In this document: positions 1 to 7,859 of the stretch, one piece after another
Layout of the letters: each line of letters opens with the position of its first letter
Numbering within the stretch: the stretch's first letter is position 1
Virus record (IMG/VR): IMGVR_UViG_3300045988_055689
DNA from: a virus
Length of the DNA stretch: 50,962 nt
Strand: one strand, 5' to 3'
Position numbers and translations under genes: made by a program
The notes under the pieces: generated by a model
What the model was told of the DNA's origin: nothing
Seen by the model: only the letters and a program-made list of their open reading frames with translations
The model's database searches: none

Positions 1-119
1 CGGTTCAGCACATACAGGTCCGTAATTCCGTGCTCCTTGCACATCTTGATGATCTCGTCCATGATGTAGTTTTTGATATCTTCTTTCCAGAGGACAACCG
101 CCTGTATCGTTGCAGAGGC
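1..119. repeat. Terminal direct repeat, identical to 50844-50962 (assembly overlap of a circular molecule)
   Basis: Read directly: cggttcagcacatacagg...cgttgcagaggc occurs at both ends. A minus-strand ORF stays in frame across the junction. Confidence 0.95.
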
Positions 120-197
120 TACAGTGTTTCCAGCCTCGTCTGTTCTGACTTGCAAGGCTGGTTCTCCAATGTCAACATATTCTCCCGGGTTCTTCAT
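1..197 (-). CDS. Hypothetical protein, 5' part (83 aa in the circular genome; continues at 50843 and stops at 50789)
   Basis: ATG at 197 is preceded by GGAGGGGATGGA. The frame is continuous with the copy at the window end, giving MKNPGEYVDIGEPALQV...KEKMEKEAQP. Its stop overlaps the next ATG. Confidence 0.6.
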   Translation of the reverse strand, partial: MKNPGEYVDIGEPALQVRTDEAGNTVASATIQAVVLWKEDIKNYIMDEIIKMCKEHGITDLYVLN

Positions 198-211
198 TCC
201 ATCCCCTCCAC

Positions 212-775
212 TCAATCTTCTTTGATACGAACAGGAAGAACCATTTTAATGTCCTCCTTGTTGGTGCGGAGAAGAATAGGCTCTACATTGCTGCGGAACT
301 CCAAAATTACCGGCTGCCTAAAGCTTTCTCCAGCAGATACTTTTGCTGCCTGTAAAGCTGCCAGGAGGTAATTTCCGTTGAAGCCAATCCGGTATTTTAC
401 TTCGGTGGTCGGGATTACTTTTTCCCACTCGAATCCACTGTCCTGCGGCTGCGTGTAGCCAAAAGAAAACCCGCAGCACCGAATTACAGCTTCATTCCCA
501 TCTTCGGTCAAAGAAATTGTTGCGTACTGCTTCTGCGGAAGCTTGGTGTTGCTCTTGATGAACGCCACAAAGTCTTCGTCGCAATCACTGATAATTGAGT
601 GCTCCACAGACATCCGATAGCCATCAACGGCCATAGCCGCGACTTGATTTTCTGCTGCATGGAACTCCAGCTTAATGTATTGATTGCAAGGGCGGGTGGC
701 GCTATCGCTCACAAAAGACTTGGTGGCCGCAATCAAGCGGTTCAAGTCGTTAGTGTAAATCTTTGCCGACTTCAT
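212..775 (-). CDS. Short DNA polymerase III beta-clamp-like protein (DnaN C-terminal-domain-like)
   Basis: 187 aa. RIGFNGNYLLAALQAAK...EPILLRTNKEDIKMVLPVRI resembles the domain-III signature of beta clamps. It is only about half the length of DnaN. Confidence 0.55.
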   Translation of the reverse strand: MKSAKIYTNDLNRLIAATKSFVSDSATRPCNQYIKLEFHAAENQVAAMAVDGYRMSVEHSIISDCDEDFVAFIKSNTKLPQKQYATISLTEDGNEAVIRCCGFSFGYTQPQDSGFEWEKVIPTTEVKYRIGFNGNYLLAALQAAKVSAGESFRQPVILEFRSNVEPILLRTNKEDIKMVLPVRIKED

Positions 776-1041
776 GTGTTTTCCTCCAATCTTTGTAATT
801 CCTCCGCGCTCAGAATTGGTGTACGAGTATTCCAGGCGAGGCGGGCCCCGTATTCATTTTCAGATGTTGCCCCGAGAGATGCACATTCATCTTTTCCACA
901 GAAATACCACACCTCACCTCGTAGTGACCCTTCGCATATTGTGGTTTCTCCACAAAACGGGCACGGCAGCAGTACACCCGCCTCGCTCAGTCTTTTACTT
1001 GCCTCGTGGTCGCCCAGCAGGGCGCGTCTTTCATCTGTCAT
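772..1041 (-). CDS. Lar-family restriction alleviation protein (zinc ribbon)
   Basis: 89 aa. LPCPFCG...FCGKDEC...LAWNTR matches the Lar family pattern. It overlaps both neighbours by 4 nt. Confidence 0.6.
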   Translation of the reverse strand: MTDERRALLGDHEASKRLSEAGVLLPCPFCGETTICEGSLRGEVWYFCGKDECASLGATSENEYGARLAWNTRTPILSAEELQRLEENT

Positions 1042-1370
1042 GTCATCCTCCTGACTGGCTCTGCGTAAATCTCAACGGGTGTTTTCTTTCCGGCGCGGAA
1101 TCTGGACAGATATTCCCGGACCGTGTGCTCCTGAATTTCCAGGAAATTCGCACATTCCTTCACGCTGCCTTCAAACAGGTACTGCCCATCCCGGTCATAG
1201 AGCGCGTACAGGGTGCGGCATGCTTGGCCGCGGGTTCTGTCTATGCCAGCCTTCTTCCTGTAGTAGCTGACCGTCGAAGGGGCAGCGCCCACCGCTTTTC
1301 CGATCTCTCTGTCTGTGCATCCGCTCCGCGCCATTTCGAGCAGCCGCAGCAGTGTCTTACTGGTCATCAT
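1038..1370 (-). CDS. Helix-turn-helix DNA-binding protein
   Basis: 110 aa. The N-terminal stretch CTDREIGKAVGAAPSTVSYYRKKAGI is HTH-like. Confidence 0.5.
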   Translation of the reverse strand: MMTSKTLLRLLEMARSGCTDREIGKAVGAAPSTVSYYRKKAGIDRTRGQACRTLYALYDRDGQYLFEGSVKECANFLEIQEHTVREYLSRFRAGKKTPVEIYAEPVRRMT

Positions 1371-1692
1371 GTCGTCCGGCCTCCCACTCTCGGTAAATGG
1401 TCATGAAATCCTCCGCCCGAAGGGTGACAAGCCACTCCTCCCGACTGTGCCTGTGAAACACCACGGGAATCAAGGCGGCAGCCGCGTCTCTAACCGCCTG
1501 CTTCAATGCCTCCCGAACGTTCAGCCGTTCGACGGCCTTGCACTCGATATGTAGGCCTGGAAGCCCGATCACGTCCGCCGCCTCTCCGGTTTTTCCACAG
1601 TACTGTGCCGTTCTGCGGCACTCATAGCCGTGCTCCCGCAGGAAGTGGACCAGGCGAAGTTCACCCTCTTTTCCCTTGCGCTTGCTGTTCAT
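1357..1692 (-). CDS. PD-(D/E)XK Holliday-junction-resolvase-like nuclease
   Basis: 111 aa. KGKEGE...AADVIGLPGLHIECK has the motif spacing typical of Hjc-like phage resolvases. Confidence 0.55.
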   Translation of the reverse strand: MNSKRKGKEGELRLVHFLREHGYECRRTAQYCGKTGEAADVIGLPGLHIECKAVERLNVREALKQAVRDAAAALIPVVFHRHSREEWLVTLRAEDFMTIYREWEAGRHDDQ

Positions 1693-2447
1693 TTCACATA
1701 CCCCCAGGCGCTTTTATTTGTGGGTGTTGACGCTGGTTTCTGTCTAATAGCGCCGCCTTTGTCTTGTTCTTTAGCGAGCCAGCGGACAATAAAGGCCTTG
1801 ATTCCCCGGCTGGTTTTTCGTCTGTCTGGATTGGCATCCAGCCAGCCCCGCATTTCCCTTAGCTGCTGTATCACGTCGACAGCAGGGTACAGACCCGCCC
1901 ATTCTTGGCACTGCTCCACGGAAACAGGGAAAAATGTTCCGTCATTCAAGGGCAATTCAGCGGCTGGCGGCGTGGAGACGGTTTCCGGCTCCGCGCTATC
2001 TTCGGATTCGGATTCTCGATTCGGATTCGGATTGGATTCGGATTGGATTGGATTACGGGGACATTTGAAATCATCTGATATCATTTGATTGCAAGTGGTA
2101 TCATTTGATCCATTTGCGCATTCAGGCCCGGGGAATTTGCTTTTCTTTGCTCGGATTTGCTGGTGGACTTCCCAGGAAGGGAGCCGCAGGTAGGGCTTAC
2201 CGTCTACTTCATAGACCTCAACGCAGCCTACGGTCGCCAACGCTCGAAGCGCACTCTCGATCTCCTTCAAAGTCAAGCGTTCCCGGAGCGGGTAGAGTCT
2301 GGCCTTTAAGATAGCAGGCCGGGCGTCCATCCTCCCGAAATCATCGCAGTTGACAATCAAACGATAGAAAAATGTCTCCTGAAAATCCGTTAAAGCGGAT
2401 ATGCTGTCGCTTGTGCAAATAGATTCTTTTATGATCCTGTTTGGCAT
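1689..2447 (-). CDS. Phage replisome organizer / DnaD-like replication initiation protein
   Basis: 252 aa. The N-terminus IKESICTSDSI...FFYRLIVNCDDFGRMD...GKPYLRLPSWEVHQQIR and the C-terminus WAGLYPAVDV...WLDANPDRRKTSRGIKAFIVRWL are typical of Firmicutes phage initiators. An acidic repeat linker lies between them. Confidence 0.6.
   Translation of the reverse strand: MPNRIIKESICTSDSISALTDFQETFFYRLIVNCDDFGRMDARPAILKARLYPLRERLTLKEIESALRALATVGCVEVYEVDGKPYLRLPSWEVHQQIRAKKSKFPGPECANGSNDTTCNQMISDDFKCPRNPIQSESNPNPNRESESEDSAEPETVSTPPAAELPLNDGTFFPVSVEQCQEWAGLYPAVDVIQQLREMRGWLDANPDRRKTSRGIKAFIVRWLAKEQDKGGAIRQKPASTPTNKSAWGYVK
2004..2120. repeat. Candidate replication origin inside the initiator gene: (GGATTC/GGATTG)n hexamer array plus phased CATTTGA repeats
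   Basis: About 9 tandem hexamers lie at 2004-2056. CATTTG occurs at 2062, 2082, 2102 and 2111 (CATCTG at 2072). TATCATTTGAT is duplicated 20 bp apart. Confidence 0.4.
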
Positions 2448-2459
2448 CTCATCACCGCC

Positions 2460-2882
2460 TTAAAACGGCAGAGTGACATCATCTTCCAATTCTGCGAAGT
2501 CGCTAGCTGAAACGTCCACGCCGTTTTTGGCAGATGTATTCGAAGCGGACTTCTGATTATCCTGCTTCGAGTCTCCAAAGTACACGCTATTTGCCAAAAT
2601 CTCCGCACTTTTTCGCTTGCCGCCGTCCTTGTCCGTCCAGTCCCGGATTTGCAGGCGGCCCTCCACCACGGCCATGCGGCCTTTGGAGAAGTACTTGCTG
2701 ACGAACTCAGCGGTGGAGCGCCAGGCCACAATGTCGATGAAGTCCGTCTCCTTTTCGCCGCCTGGCGACTTGAAGTCCCGGTCCACGGCCAGGGTGAAGG
2801 ATGTAACAGCGGTGCCGCTCTGGGTGCGGCGCAGTTCTGGGTTTTTGCAAAGTCTTCCTTGCAAAACAATTTTATTCAGCAT
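2460..2882 (-). CDS. ssb: Single-stranded DNA-binding protein
   Basis: 140 aa. OB-fold N-terminus MLNKIVLQGRL...TSFTLAV...VAWR, and an acidic tail ending DDVTLPF. Confidence 0.9.
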   Translation of the reverse strand: MLNKIVLQGRLCKNPELRRTQSGTAVTSFTLAVDRDFKSPGGEKETDFIDIVAWRSTAEFVSKYFSKGRMAVVEGRLQIRDWTDKDGGKRKSAEILANSVYFGDSKQDNQKSASNTSAKNGVDVSASDFAELEDDVTLPF

Positions 2883-3376
2883 ACTTTCGCCCTCTTCTCG
2901 CTGATTTTTCGCTTTGTTTCATCTGAGAGGCGCTTCCCTGTGTGATGGAAAATTGTATGGGCACCAAAAGACATAAGGCATAGGTTCTCAATTCTGTTGT
3001 CGGTTTTGTCCCCATTCAAATGGTGAATACAGCAACCGGAAGGAACCAAGAACCCAGTTGCTTTTTCCCACGTAAGAATATGTTCCATGACATATCCGGA
3101 TTTGTCGGCTCTTGGATGCTCGGGTGCTAGGATTTGTCTATACCCTTTCGCCGTAATCCTTATCCCGCCGCGCCAGTTGCTTGCCCGCTCTCTTTTTCTG
3201 GCCTGAGACCGATTGACAAATTCAATTTCTTTGGATTTTCTCAGCCCAAGCTTATATGCCTTTTTATAAATCCCTTGCTTCGTTTTATTCGGGATTAACG
3301 TTGCAAGTGTTTCATTCGAAACAACATTATAATTTTGAATTAAAATCGAAATTTCTTCCGGTGTCCATGTTTTCAT
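2876..3376 (-). CDS. HNH homing-type endonuclease with N-terminal Myb/SANT-like region
   Basis: 166 aa. Contains CCIHHLNGDKTDNRIENLCLMSFGAHTIFHH. Confidence 0.8.
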   Translation of the reverse strand: MKTWTPEEISILIQNYNVVSNETLATLIPNKTKQGIYKKAYKLGLRKSKEIEFVNRSQARKRERASNWRGGIRITAKGYRQILAPEHPRADKSGYVMEHILTWEKATGFLVPSGCCIHHLNGDKTDNRIENLCLMSFGAHTIFHHTGKRLSDETKRKISEKRAKVC

Positions 3377-3439
3377 AGGGTGCTCACCTCTCTATAAGCC
3401 AATCTCTCCCGGGTCAGACGGCCCATGAGAGTGATATGG

Positions 3440-3658
3440 TTAAGCATTGGGTTCCTCCAATCTGTACTCGGCGTAGCTGACACGCTCGCCGTAACGGTTT
3501 TTTGCGGCAACCATGCGGCGGGTGATGCGGTGGCCGTCGTGCCGCAGATCCCAGATGCGGGCTCCTAAGCGGTAGCACCCCAGGTCTCCCAGCGCCTGCA
3601 TGGGATTGATAGAACCGAAGTCCTGCATATACTGCAAAACCCGCTCACACTGCGTCAT
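3440..3658 (-). CDS. Small winged-helix DNA-binding protein
   Basis: Start chosen at MTQCERVLQYM (ATGA overlap with the upstream stop). The sequence resembles small phage wHTH proteins. Confidence 0.45.
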   Translation of the reverse strand: MTQCERVLQYMQDFGSINPMQALGDLGCYRLGARIWDLRHDGHRITRRMVAAKNRYGERVSYAEYRLEEPNA

Positions 3659-3960
3659 GGGTTCTCCCCCTTCCGATAGATCATATCCGCTCGGTTCCAA
3701 TCAGGATAAAAGCCTTTCAAATAGGAAATTGCATGTACATACATGGTCTCCCGGTCACGGCCCTCGTCAAACTCCCTATGGCATTTCTGGCAGGCCGTAA
3801 CAACGTTTCTCTCAATACCAAGACCGCCCTGAGAGCGGCGTACAATGTGGGCAATGGGATCGCCGGGCCTCCCGCAGAAAATGCACAGGTGGTTGTCTCT
3901 CTCCCACACGGCCCGCTTGACCTTCGGAGATATGGATGTGGCCTTAGTGAGTCTGTGCAT
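3655..3960 (-). CDS. HNH nuclease
   Basis: 101 aa. Contains CIFCGRPG...AHIVRRSQGG...NVVTACQKCH. Confidence 0.7.
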   Translation of the reverse strand: MHRLTKATSISPKVKRAVWERDNHLCIFCGRPGDPIAHIVRRSQGGLGIERNVVTACQKCHREFDEGRDRETMYVHAISYLKGFYPDWNRADMIYRKGENP

Positions 3961-4477
3961 CCCATCCCTCCATCATCGCTGCTAGTCTCTCTGGCTGTAA
4001 AATCTCGATTCCCTGCTCTCTGCAGTCCTCAATGATTAGGTCGATTAGGCGGGACATCTGAACAGTGTCATAAGTGCTGGAACCATAGTAGAGCGTAACG
4101 TTGGTGCAGCCACTGATCTTACTTGGGAACGTCTCCGTCTGCCAGCCAATTCCATTGTGCCGCCAGCCATCCACCAACTTATCCACGGCATTATTTCGCA
4201 CGCAGACAGTCTCAGAATTTCCTCCGATGTCACGGATGTACCCCCGGTAAAGGTCTTCTTTCTTAACCTGCAGGACTTCCGCAAGCTTGTCCAGCAGCAC
4301 CCAGCAATAAGCGTTGGCGTCCAGGCTGCGGCGCTCTCTGTGGGGTTTGATGGTTACGTCGTAAGTCTTTCCGGGGCGGATGCTGCCGCAGACCTCCAAC
4401 GCCTCCCGGTGAGACACTTGAACACAAACCCAGGTGCCATCACTGTCCTGCTGCCAGCGTACGTTGTTCGTCTGCAT
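3944..4477 (-). CDS. ninB: NinB/Orf-family recombination mediator
   Basis: 177 aa. RERRSLDANAYCWVLLDKLAE and YGSSTYDTVQMSRLIDLIIEDCREQGIE parallel lambda NinB (RNRSLDQNRKLWACLGD, GQSTSRM..FAELLELIQAFG). Confidence 0.6.
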   Translation of the reverse strand: MQTNNVRWQQDSDGTWVCVQVSHREALEVCGSIRPGKTYDVTIKPHRERRSLDANAYCWVLLDKLAEVLQVKKEDLYRGYIRDIGGNSETVCVRNNAVDKLVDGWRHNGIGWQTETFPSKISGCTNVTLYYGSSTYDTVQMSRLIDLIIEDCREQGIEILQPERLAAMMEGWDAQTH

Positions 4478-5015
4478 TAGGCCACACTCCTTTTTTCAAG
4501 CAATTCGACAAATAAATCAGACGGGGCAAATATTCTGTCTTGACCCATTCCGCGTCGTATTGGATTGGGTAGTAGGAAATTCTGGCATCATCGATAGGGG
4601 AAAACCAGTTGAGATAGTCCTCTGGAAGCAGATGATATGCAACAATACGGCATTGCTTCTTTGCGCCGAACATCTCTGCTTGGCACTGCTGCCAATAGGC
4701 TTTTGATACTACAAAATGGTCCTTTCCATAAGTTTTTACCTCGCTGATTTCGTCCTTGGTCTCGCCATCCAGATTAATGCGAAGACGTAGCCGAGGAATT
4801 CTGATTTGACGGTCCATTTTCCGGATGCCGATATGTTCCAGGATTCTGTGTTCAAAAGCTGTTCCTGTCAGCATTGCATCTGTGGTAAAGTCCTCTTGTC
4901 GAATGCCCAGTTTTACCATCCACCACTTTTCAAATGTGGGTGTTTCCCAGCTCCCCACGATTTTTCCTGTATCGCTGGCACCAAACCAGCCAGACCTTTC
5001 ATGATCGTGAATCAT
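4440..5015 (-). CDS. YqaJ-like viral recombinase exonuclease
   Basis: 191 aa. WFGASDTGKIVG, TGTAFEH and DGETKDEISEVK form a PD-(D/E)XK arrangement as in YqaJ/lambda Exo-type proteins. Confidence 0.65.
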   Translation of the reverse strand: MIHDHERSGWFGASDTGKIVGSWETPTFEKWWMVKLGIRQEDFTTDAMLTGTAFEHRILEHIGIRKMDRQIRIPRLRLRINLDGETKDEISEVKTYGKDHFVVSKAYWQQCQAEMFGAKKQCRIVAYHLLPEDYLNWFSPIDDARISYYPIQYDAEWVKTEYLPRLIYLSNCLKKGVWPNADEQRTLAAGQ

Positions 5016-5656
5016 AATTGCTGAAGTTTCTGTTCTAGGGTAGCGATGTTGTTGAATTGCAACATCAGTGTGCGGAATTGCTTATCATTAAGATTCAGTG
5101 TCGACAAAAGGTCTCTATGGTCCAATCCAGCTTTCTCTTTTGCGGTAATCAACCGCTCAATGCGTTCTTTGATGGACCAAATACTATGTCCGCTCAAATC
5201 GTCACTATCCCGTTCTGTGTCCTTTTCTGTGGTCCACAGATTAAATCCGAGGCCTGTATGGATGGCAACGCCTTTGACAAACGCTCTTGCGTGGGCGTTG
5301 GAGATTCTAAGCTGATTGAGTGTATCTTCGTACACTACTAATGACCCATTCATCAGGGGCATATCCATCGTGAATACCAAATCATCAATGTGTACCTCAA
5401 CAGACACAAACCAGCATCCGGTCTTTCTTCCATCTTTATTTGCCACATCGGCAGAGGTAAAAAGATAGCTGCCCTCCAATGTTTTCAAAGGTGTAAAGTA
5501 AACAGTTTCTGCTCCGTTCTCATGGAGCATAGATTTGCAGGTGGCCCAGTTCAGATAAGGAACCTTGATTTTTTTCCCGTTATCGTCCTTCGCCTCTCGG
5601 TAATCGCAGCGAGGCAGTACATCAACCTGCACCATCTCATGGTATGGTTTCAACAT
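5012..5656 (-). CDS. Rad52/Sak-family single-strand annealing protein
   Basis: 214 aa. The VPYLNWATCKSML...FVSVEVHI pattern resembles Sak (DUF1071) annealases. It sits beside the exonuclease. Confidence 0.55.
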   Translation of the reverse strand: MLKPYHEMVQVDVLPRCDYREAKDDNGKKIKVPYLNWATCKSMLHENGAETVYFTPLKTLEGSYLFTSADVANKDGRKTGCWFVSVEVHIDDLVFTMDMPLMNGSLVVYEDTLNQLRISNAHARAFVKGVAIHTGLGFNLWTTEKDTERDSDDLSGHSIWSIKERIERLITAKEKAGLDHRDLLSTLNLNDKQFRTLMLQFNNIATLEQKLQQL

Positions 5657-5658
5657 TG

Positions 5659-5859
5659 TTATTCCTCCACTCTGACTACCGGTATGTCCATCATTCCGGC
5701 AATCTCATCTAAATTCGTGTCTATCCAGTCTAAAACGTAGTCTTTGAAACAAAATTTGCAGTAAATCTCCCCGTCTACGATGTAATACTTTTCGCAGTCA
5801 TCTTCCAGAACGGGGTTCAGGGTATGTGTGCACTGACTGCATTCTGGATATTTTTTCAT
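5659..5859 (-). CDS. Small Cys-rich (zinc-ribbon-like) protein
   Basis: Start chosen at MKKYPECSQC (ATGA overlap with the upstream stop). CxxC...CxxC pattern. Confidence 0.45.
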   Translation of the reverse strand: MKKYPECSQCTHTLNPVLEDDCEKYYIVDGEIYCKFCFKDYVLDWIDTNLDEIAGMMDIPVVRVEE

Positions 5860-6083
5860 CTCGCATCCTTCCGCTTTTGCTGTTTCCAAACCCCGCCGGA
5901 ACAATCGACAGAGCAGAATCGTTTTTGCCGTCGCTTCAAAACTGCGCCGCACACCTCACAGTACCGGGTTCCAATTGATGGATGTCCTTTTCTTGGCGGT
6001 GGGTCTCCAGGGTGAAGCAATTTCCATTGCCCGTAGGTCATATGGGCTTTACGTGCGGAAACCGAATCCTCAATCAGGCTCAT
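5856..6083 (-). CDS. Small zinc-ribbon protein
   Basis: Start chosen at MSLIED (ATGA overlap). Contains CEVCG...FCSVDC. Confidence 0.45.
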   Translation of the reverse strand: MSLIEDSVSARKAHMTYGQWKLLHPGDPPPRKGHPSIGTRYCEVCGAVLKRRQKRFCSVDCSGGVWKQQKRKDAR

Positions 6084-6586
6084 TCCTCGCACCACCAAAT
6101 ATCAGCCGTTTTCACGCCCAAAGATAAAGCCTCCTGGTGACCTTGTACCGCAATGTCCAGCCTGTTTCCCCGGATAGCAGGGCCGGTATCGTCCGCCCGC
6201 AGATACAGCATTTCGCCATTGTGCTCGATCATGATGGTGCTGCCCAGCGGAATCACGGCAGGGTCCACAGCGCAGCTCACATACGGAGTCACGCGCCGTC
6301 CGCTGGCGGTGATGCCGGAGCCTGTCCCGCAGATGTGGGGCCGTTCCTCGCAGCAGTAGAAGGTGATCGTCACGTCCTCCAGCTTGGTTGAGCGGGCCAG
6401 AAGTGCGCTTTCTATAAGCTCATTTTCAGCCGCCTCCAGCTCGTCCAATGTGATCTCCGGCATGGTGGCTTTTGTGTGTTCCGGGCGCGGAGGCTCCGCA
6501 TCCACATTCAGCGCCAGGAATCCAATTAACCAGATTGCCAGAAGCCCGACAAAGCAAAGATATGTAAGAATCTGCCGTCGCTTCAT
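6080..6586 (-). CDS. Membrane-anchored 3D-domain protein (RlpA/MltA-like double-psi barrel)
   Basis: Start chosen at MKRRQILTYLCFVGLLAIWLIGFLAL (TM helix). The C-terminus TFYCCEE...TASGRRV...VAVDPAVIPLGS...DTG.AIRGNRLDI is 3D-domain-like. Confidence 0.6.
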   Translation of the reverse strand: MKRRQILTYLCFVGLLAIWLIGFLALNVDAEPPRPEHTKATMPEITLDELEAAENELIESALLARSTKLEDVTITFYCCEERPHICGTGSGITASGRRVTPYVSCAVDPAVIPLGSTIMIEHNGEMLYLRADDTGPAIRGNRLDIAVQGHQEALSLGVKTADIWWCEE

Positions 6587-6678
6587 ACCCACCCCTCCAG
6601 CTTGTCCACCAAGCGGAACAGCCATCTTGTGGCTGTCCCTATCCCAATCAAAACGAAAACCAGTTCAATCGTTGTCAT
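6583..6678 (-). CDS. 31-aa membrane peptide
   Basis: Translated by hand: MTTIELVFVLIGIGTATRWLFRLVDKLEGWV. It is translationally coupled on both sides. Below the ORF-track size cutoff. Confidence 0.35.
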   Translation of the reverse strand: MTTIELVFVLIGIGTATRWLFRLVDKLEGWV

Positions 6679-6787
6679 CTTTCTCAACCTTTGTAACAGT
6701 AATTTCCGCCGTAACGCCTAATTGCTCCAGGCGCTTTGTCTTTAAGTAAATCAATGCCTTCTGAAAGCAGTCCAGATTTTCTTCCAT
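6665..6787 (-). CDS. 40-aa hypothetical protein
   Basis: Translated by hand: MEENLDCFQKALIYLKTKRLEQLGVTAEITVTKVEKDDND. Strong RBS GAGGAGG lies 8 nt upstream. Confidence 0.45.
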   Translation of the reverse strand: MEENLDCFQKALIYLKTKRLEQLGVTAEITVTKVEKDDND

Positions 6788-6835
6788 AGAAAACTAACCT
6801 CCTCAAGAACTTGGTAAATTTTATGTGATTGCGTC

Positions 6836-6933
6836 TTGTCCAATCCCTTCGGAAGTGATATAGTATAAAAGGGATTGTTTGTGCTGATTCAATCCTTACC
6901 CTCGTCGTGCTGCGAACACGGCGGGGGATTTTT
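6836..6933 (+). ncRNA. Candidate small antisense RNA (promoter + roughly 60-nt transcript + intrinsic terminator)
   Basis: Promoter TTGTCC-17-TGaTATAGT at 6836-6864. The 11-bp hairpin 6899-6909/6917-6927 has two G-U pairs valid only on the plus strand and is followed by TTTTT. There is no ORF. Confidence 0.4.
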
Positions 6934-7198
6934 AGGCATCCTCCGGGTATGCACTGGACACCAGCTCCTTGAGTTCCATCAAATGAATGCCAGGGTCATG
7001 TGCCGCCCGATCAAGAATCAATTCCTTCAACTTGGGGCCAGCTCCCTCTAGCGCCCTGCGATAATCTTCAAACGAATAATTCATATGTGCCTCCTCCCAT
7101 GTCCGGCCCTTCCAATCGCGGCAGAGATTATCAAACTCGCGGTTCACGTACCGGGCCATACCTCTTAATTCCTGAATTGTTGTCGGTTCCTTTTTCAT
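6932..7198 (-). CDS. Hypothetical protein
   Basis: 88-aa ORF with protein-like composition. Confidence 0.55.
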   Translation of the reverse strand: MKKEPTTIQELRGMARYVNREFDNLCRDWKGRTWEEAHMNYSFEDYRRALEGAGPKLKELILDRAAHDPGIHLMELKELVSSAYPEDA

Positions 7199-7219
7199 GT
7201 TAAAAATATCCTCCTATTC

Positions 7220-7325
7220 TTGCCAGAGGCCGGAGGATGTGATATACTGTCTCCGATACCTCGTGGCTCCTTCACGTGGTGTCATGGGCTGTCCTCTGTT
7301 ACCTCCAGAGGCAGCCCGCTTTTTA
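7220..7325 (+). ncRNA. Second candidate small RNA or leader (promoter + roughly 70 nt + terminator)
   Basis: Promoter TTGCCA-17-TGaTATACT at 7220-7248. The hairpin 7286-7298/7306-7317 is followed by TTTTT at 7320-7324. There is no ORF. Confidence 0.35.
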
Positions 7326-7354
7326 TTGTTCCCTTCGCCTGGATATGGTAGAAT
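7326..7354 (+). promoter_or_regulatory. Sigma-A-type promoter with extended -10 (TTGTTC-17-TGgTAGAAT)
   Basis: Read directly. It lies 23 nt upstream of the ATG at 7377. Confidence 0.5.
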
Positions 7355-7376
7355 GTGGGCGAAAGGGGGTATTAAA

Positions 7377-7562
7377 ATGAAGTCAAATTTTGATAAAAAT
7401 AAGTTGTCACAAGTGATACGAGAAAAAGCAAAAGATGCTGCACAGAAGAAGGTTTATGCCGTGGAGTGCCCTCACTGCCATTCAAAAGTTCAGATTACAC
7501 CAGGGGAGCATCCATGTCCCAGTTGTGGAAAGGCCATCAACTTAACTCTTAACTTCAACTGA
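7377..7562 (+). CDS. 61-aa zinc-ribbon protein (accessory)
   Basis: RBS AAGGGGG. Contains CPHC...CPSC. Confidence 0.55.
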   Translation: MKSNFDKNKLSQVIREKAKDAAQKKVYAVECPHCHSKVQITPGEHPCPSCGKAINLTLNFN

Positions 7563-7694
7563 TAAATTCTTGAGTAATCCGGCCAGGTCGCCTGCTAACG
7601 ACTTGGCCTCTTTTATTGTGTTCTCAAGCTGCTCTGCTTTATGCTGAGCTTCATCTACTCCGTTCAGAGTAACATTGAGTTTTACATCGGCCAT
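7542..7694 (-). CDS. 50-aa helical protein
   Basis: Translated by hand: MADVKLNVTLNGVDEAQHKAEQLENTIKEAKSLAGDLAGLLKNLSVEVKS. RBS GGTGAGGGGGTGAGAG. It overlaps the 3' end of the convergent gene by 21 nt. Confidence 0.4.
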   Translation of the reverse strand: MADVKLNVTLNGVDEAQHKAEQLENTIKEAKSLAGDLAGLLKNLSVEVKS

Positions 7695-7706
7695 TCTCTC
7701 ACCCCC

Positions 7707-7859
7707 TCACCATCCATAAGAAACGAATGTCATGTAAAAAATGATAGCCCACCCAAGCCACCATAACGCCTCGCCATTCTCCTTCTTATATTTAAAATAG
7801 GCGGCGACTGTTGCACATAAAATATAGATTATAAACACAATCGTTTTAAAAACCGCCAT
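7707..7859 (-). CDS. 50-aa two-helix membrane protein
   Basis: Translated by hand: MAVFKTIVFIIYILCATVAAYFKYKKENGEALWWLGWAIIFYMTFVSYGW. RBS CAGGAG. Confidence 0.4.
   Translation of the reverse strand: MAVFKTIVFIIYILCATVAAYFKYKKENGEALWWLGWAIIFYMTFVSYGW

Noticed and set aside
2004-2056. Tandem hexamer array as a possible CRISPR or minisatellite
   Set aside because: The units are 6 nt with no spacers, and the array lies in frame inside the initiator gene. It is better explained as linker-coding repeats, possibly iterons.
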